From the human T2T-CHM13v2.0 reference genome, Homo sapiens: DNA of 64,000 bases. The notes beneath the pieces were generated by a model. The model did not search any database and was not told where the DNA came from. It saw only the letters and a list, made by a program, of their open reading frames with translations. Below are positions 61,402-64,000 of this stretch, in pieces. Made by a program: the position numbers and the translations under genes. How positions within the stretch are numbered: position 1 is the stretch's first letter; each line of letters begins with the position of its first letter. The DNA lies in the NCBI RefSeq assembly GCF_009914755.1, contig NC_060933.1. One strand, 5' to 3'.

Positions 61402-62096
61402 CTGTAAGAAAGGAAAGAAAATGTGTTCACTGATATAGACGTGAGTCTCCTGTGTTTTTCAATTTGCACTTTATACAGTCTCGGCAGCAATGGTATGCCA
61501 GCTCAGATCCAGGCACACGCAGGAGCTGCTTGTTACTACTTGTTCACTGAAGAAGCAAGAAGGTGAGGATAAAAACTCATCTCCATGTGATGACTGTTTA
61601 GTAGGTCAGGGGTGACTATTGTTTATTTTGGAGGTTCTCGTTAAGAGAAGGCAGTGTTATGTGCATGTTTGGGAAAAGCATTGCTATTTGCAGGCAAAGC
61701 AGCAGCTGTAGAAACCGCTTTCCAAGACTATTAATATCCGGGACCCAGCAAGGTAGTCTGGAGAAAGGCTCTGCGACTAGGCTCTTAGTCATGTTGTTCA
61801 CTCATTCTGGAGTCAGTCAAGAAGCAAAGGGTTCCTTTGTGTTGGTTTATGAATCATGGTTATTTGATCTGCAACTACATTACAAGAGCTAAGATGAGGT
61901 CACTATTTAAGCTTCTTGTTTTTAAGGACAGAAGTCTATGTCTGACCCAGAGTTCCAAAGGTGAAAGAGCAGGAAGTCACATGTGGTGTCTCACAAAAAG
62001 CACAGTGTCCTATAAGCCTGTTTCTGATTAAATGGCACACAGTGTTCCTTTAGAGGCTTTGCTAATTCATTGCAACCACATACTTGGCACTAACTT

Positions 62097-62226
62097 TAAA
62101 AAAAATAAAAATAGAGATGGAGGTTTTGCTATGTTGCTCAGAGTGGTCTCAACTCCTGGCTTCAACTGATCCTCTGCCTTGCCCCCACAAAGTGCTGGGA
62201 TTACAGGTGTGAGCACCGTGCCTGGT
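62097..62226 (-). mobile_element. FLAM_C-like Alu monomer
   Basis: 'agagatggaggttttgctatgttgctcag...aaagtgctgggattacaggtgtgagcaccgtgcctgg'. Confidence 0.85.
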
Positions 62227-63742
62227 TGACACGACTTTTAAGGAGTATTTCCTTGATAGAGATAAAGGGAATGAAATCTTTAGTCAAATTTTCATAAGAC
62301 TTAGCCTAAAACTATTTGGAAGATCTTAGAGTCTTATCAACTTAGGGAGGACTTGGGCTTGGGGCCATTTTCTTTTTGAAATCTCCACTCTTCTATACTG
62401 ATAAGAATTTTGCTGAGTGAGAATCACAACTGCCTTTCAGAATGGTGCCAGAATTTTGAATTTCAGACATGGTTAAATATTAAAGTAATTTCTATAGGTT
62501 TGCTAATGTAAAAATTTTGTTAGTAGGCATATTAAAAAGAAACAGAAACCAACCAGTATGCTATATACTGTCACCAGATTACTTCATAAAAGAAATAACA
62601 TTTTAACACTGAAAGGAGAAAAGACTTAATATTACAATAAATGATAGTCTTAAATATCATTATTAAAAACTCGGGGAATAAAAAACAAAGCAACCTCATG
62701 AGAATGACCTTATTTTACTTGGTTCATTGCACATGAATGAAAACTTCACCACAATGCCTAGGCACAGAGCAGTGCTTGGGAATCCTTTTTGTAAAGGGTA
62801 AGCCAAGAACATCAGGGAAAATTCTAAGAATTTAGAACTTTCTGAGTTCCTATTTTACCAAACCTAGGAGAACAAATACCCTGGCTGGCAATGGTAGCAT
62901 TTAACAAAATTTCAAATGGGTTTACAAAAAAGAATAAGGAGTTGGAGATTGTTTTTAAAGATAAGGTCAACACTACCAATCATGAAGCTCTTTAGCCAAC
63001 AGGCTCTTAAAATGTTCTGACTTCTATCTATCTGATTACACCAAAGTAGGAGGGACACTGGAGGCACATGATCCTTTTGGTAAAAGGTGGCTGAGCCTCC
63101 TATAATGGAGTTGATTCATCATGACTGTCACTGGACTAGGTGATGACACATGCTGTCAGATCGTAGCCACCTTCCCAGCTGTTTGCCTACTTGCCTTTCT
63201 CAGTGGCTAGAGGTAGAAGATGATGGAGCCTTCAACCTCAGTGGACCAGCTCAGTAAAAAGCCAATGAACCGCTTGCATAAGAACAGCAAACATTCCCAT
63301 CTTTATAGGCTGCACTCCTATCTGCCTACCCTGGCACCTTGCTAGCATTTTTAAGGTAGTAAGAGGCCTGTAAGGAAGAGGAAGCATTGCAATTCATGCA
63401 AATCTGACTCCGCAGCTCTACTCCAAAGGATAGTTTCAACGTTCTGGGCTGAGTGGGAGGGATGAAAGATCACACATCACCTACAAACAGGGATACCACC
63501 CATATCAGACACATTTATAGTCACAGAAGTAAATGATGCATGGATCAGAGGATACATGCCTCACCATAAAGTTCTAAATATAGTTTACACTCTACCCGAG
63601 GATATTGCTTTCATCTTTGTTAACCAGAAAATAGATTAAGCAAAGGTTAGCTGGTGAGACATGTACAAATCCTCAAGTCAAGCTGAGTATTCTGAGAGCC
63701 TAAGGTGAATTTTTTCTTTTCCCCTAAAAGTACAACTTTTAC

Positions 63743-63850
63743 CTGCTGAGTGTAACGATCTATTTTGACTTGTGCCTCAGGACAGAGTTCGATATCTTTG
63801 GCTCCATAGACAGCCTGGGCAATGGTCCTTATCTTGTCCACAATTGGAAG
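63743..63850 (-). pseudogene. MTHFD1L: MTHFD1L-like pseudogene exon (108 bp; about exon 25 of the parent gene)
   Basis: 'tttctgcag|CTT...CAG|gtaaaa' encodes [36 protein letters not shown] and splices in frame to the 61249-61401 exon. Confidence 0.9.
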
Positions 63851-64000
63851 CTGCAGAAACACAAATTATAACAAAATTGTGTAAGTTTAATCTGGTTAAA
63901 GATTTTTTAAAAAGTTTAGTGACACTTACTGTAATTGCTTAAAATTCCCTTATCAGGGTACCCCCTCAGCAACTGCAGGATTCCTTGCAAACCCTCTTTT

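Noticed and set aside
61165-63862. ORF-track calls 61165-61389, 61281-61490 and 63647-63862 as complete genes
   Set aside because: They are exon sequence read through into introns, or an alternative frame. The real units are the spliced exons listed.

Overview
This is primate (almost certainly human) pericentromeric DNA and contains no intact protein-coding gene. It has four parts. (1) 1-5520 is an old repeat-rich block of Alus, L1M pieces and an MST LTR. (2) 5521-39711 is about 34 kb of diverged alpha satellite, all on the minus strand. It is stratified into layers: a CENP-B-box-bearing SF5/R1R2-like layer on the left, then several box-less layers with relic HOR-like duplications. A twin-primed, 5'-inverted L1PA3-like insertion interrupts it at 27148-29022. 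(3) 39712-48652 is an AT-rich block that starts with two SATR-like 48-bp units and ends in a second L1PA3-like element. (4) 48653-64000 is an unprocessed partial copy of MTHFD1L with two spliceable exons on the minus strand, apparently a segmental duplicon broken inside an intron. The most notable observation is that the two L1s have different 5' structures and flanks yet share the same premature ORF2 stop and several unusual missense changes, which points to a common ORF2-defective source element. Repeat subfamily and consensus comparisons are from recall and were not computed.
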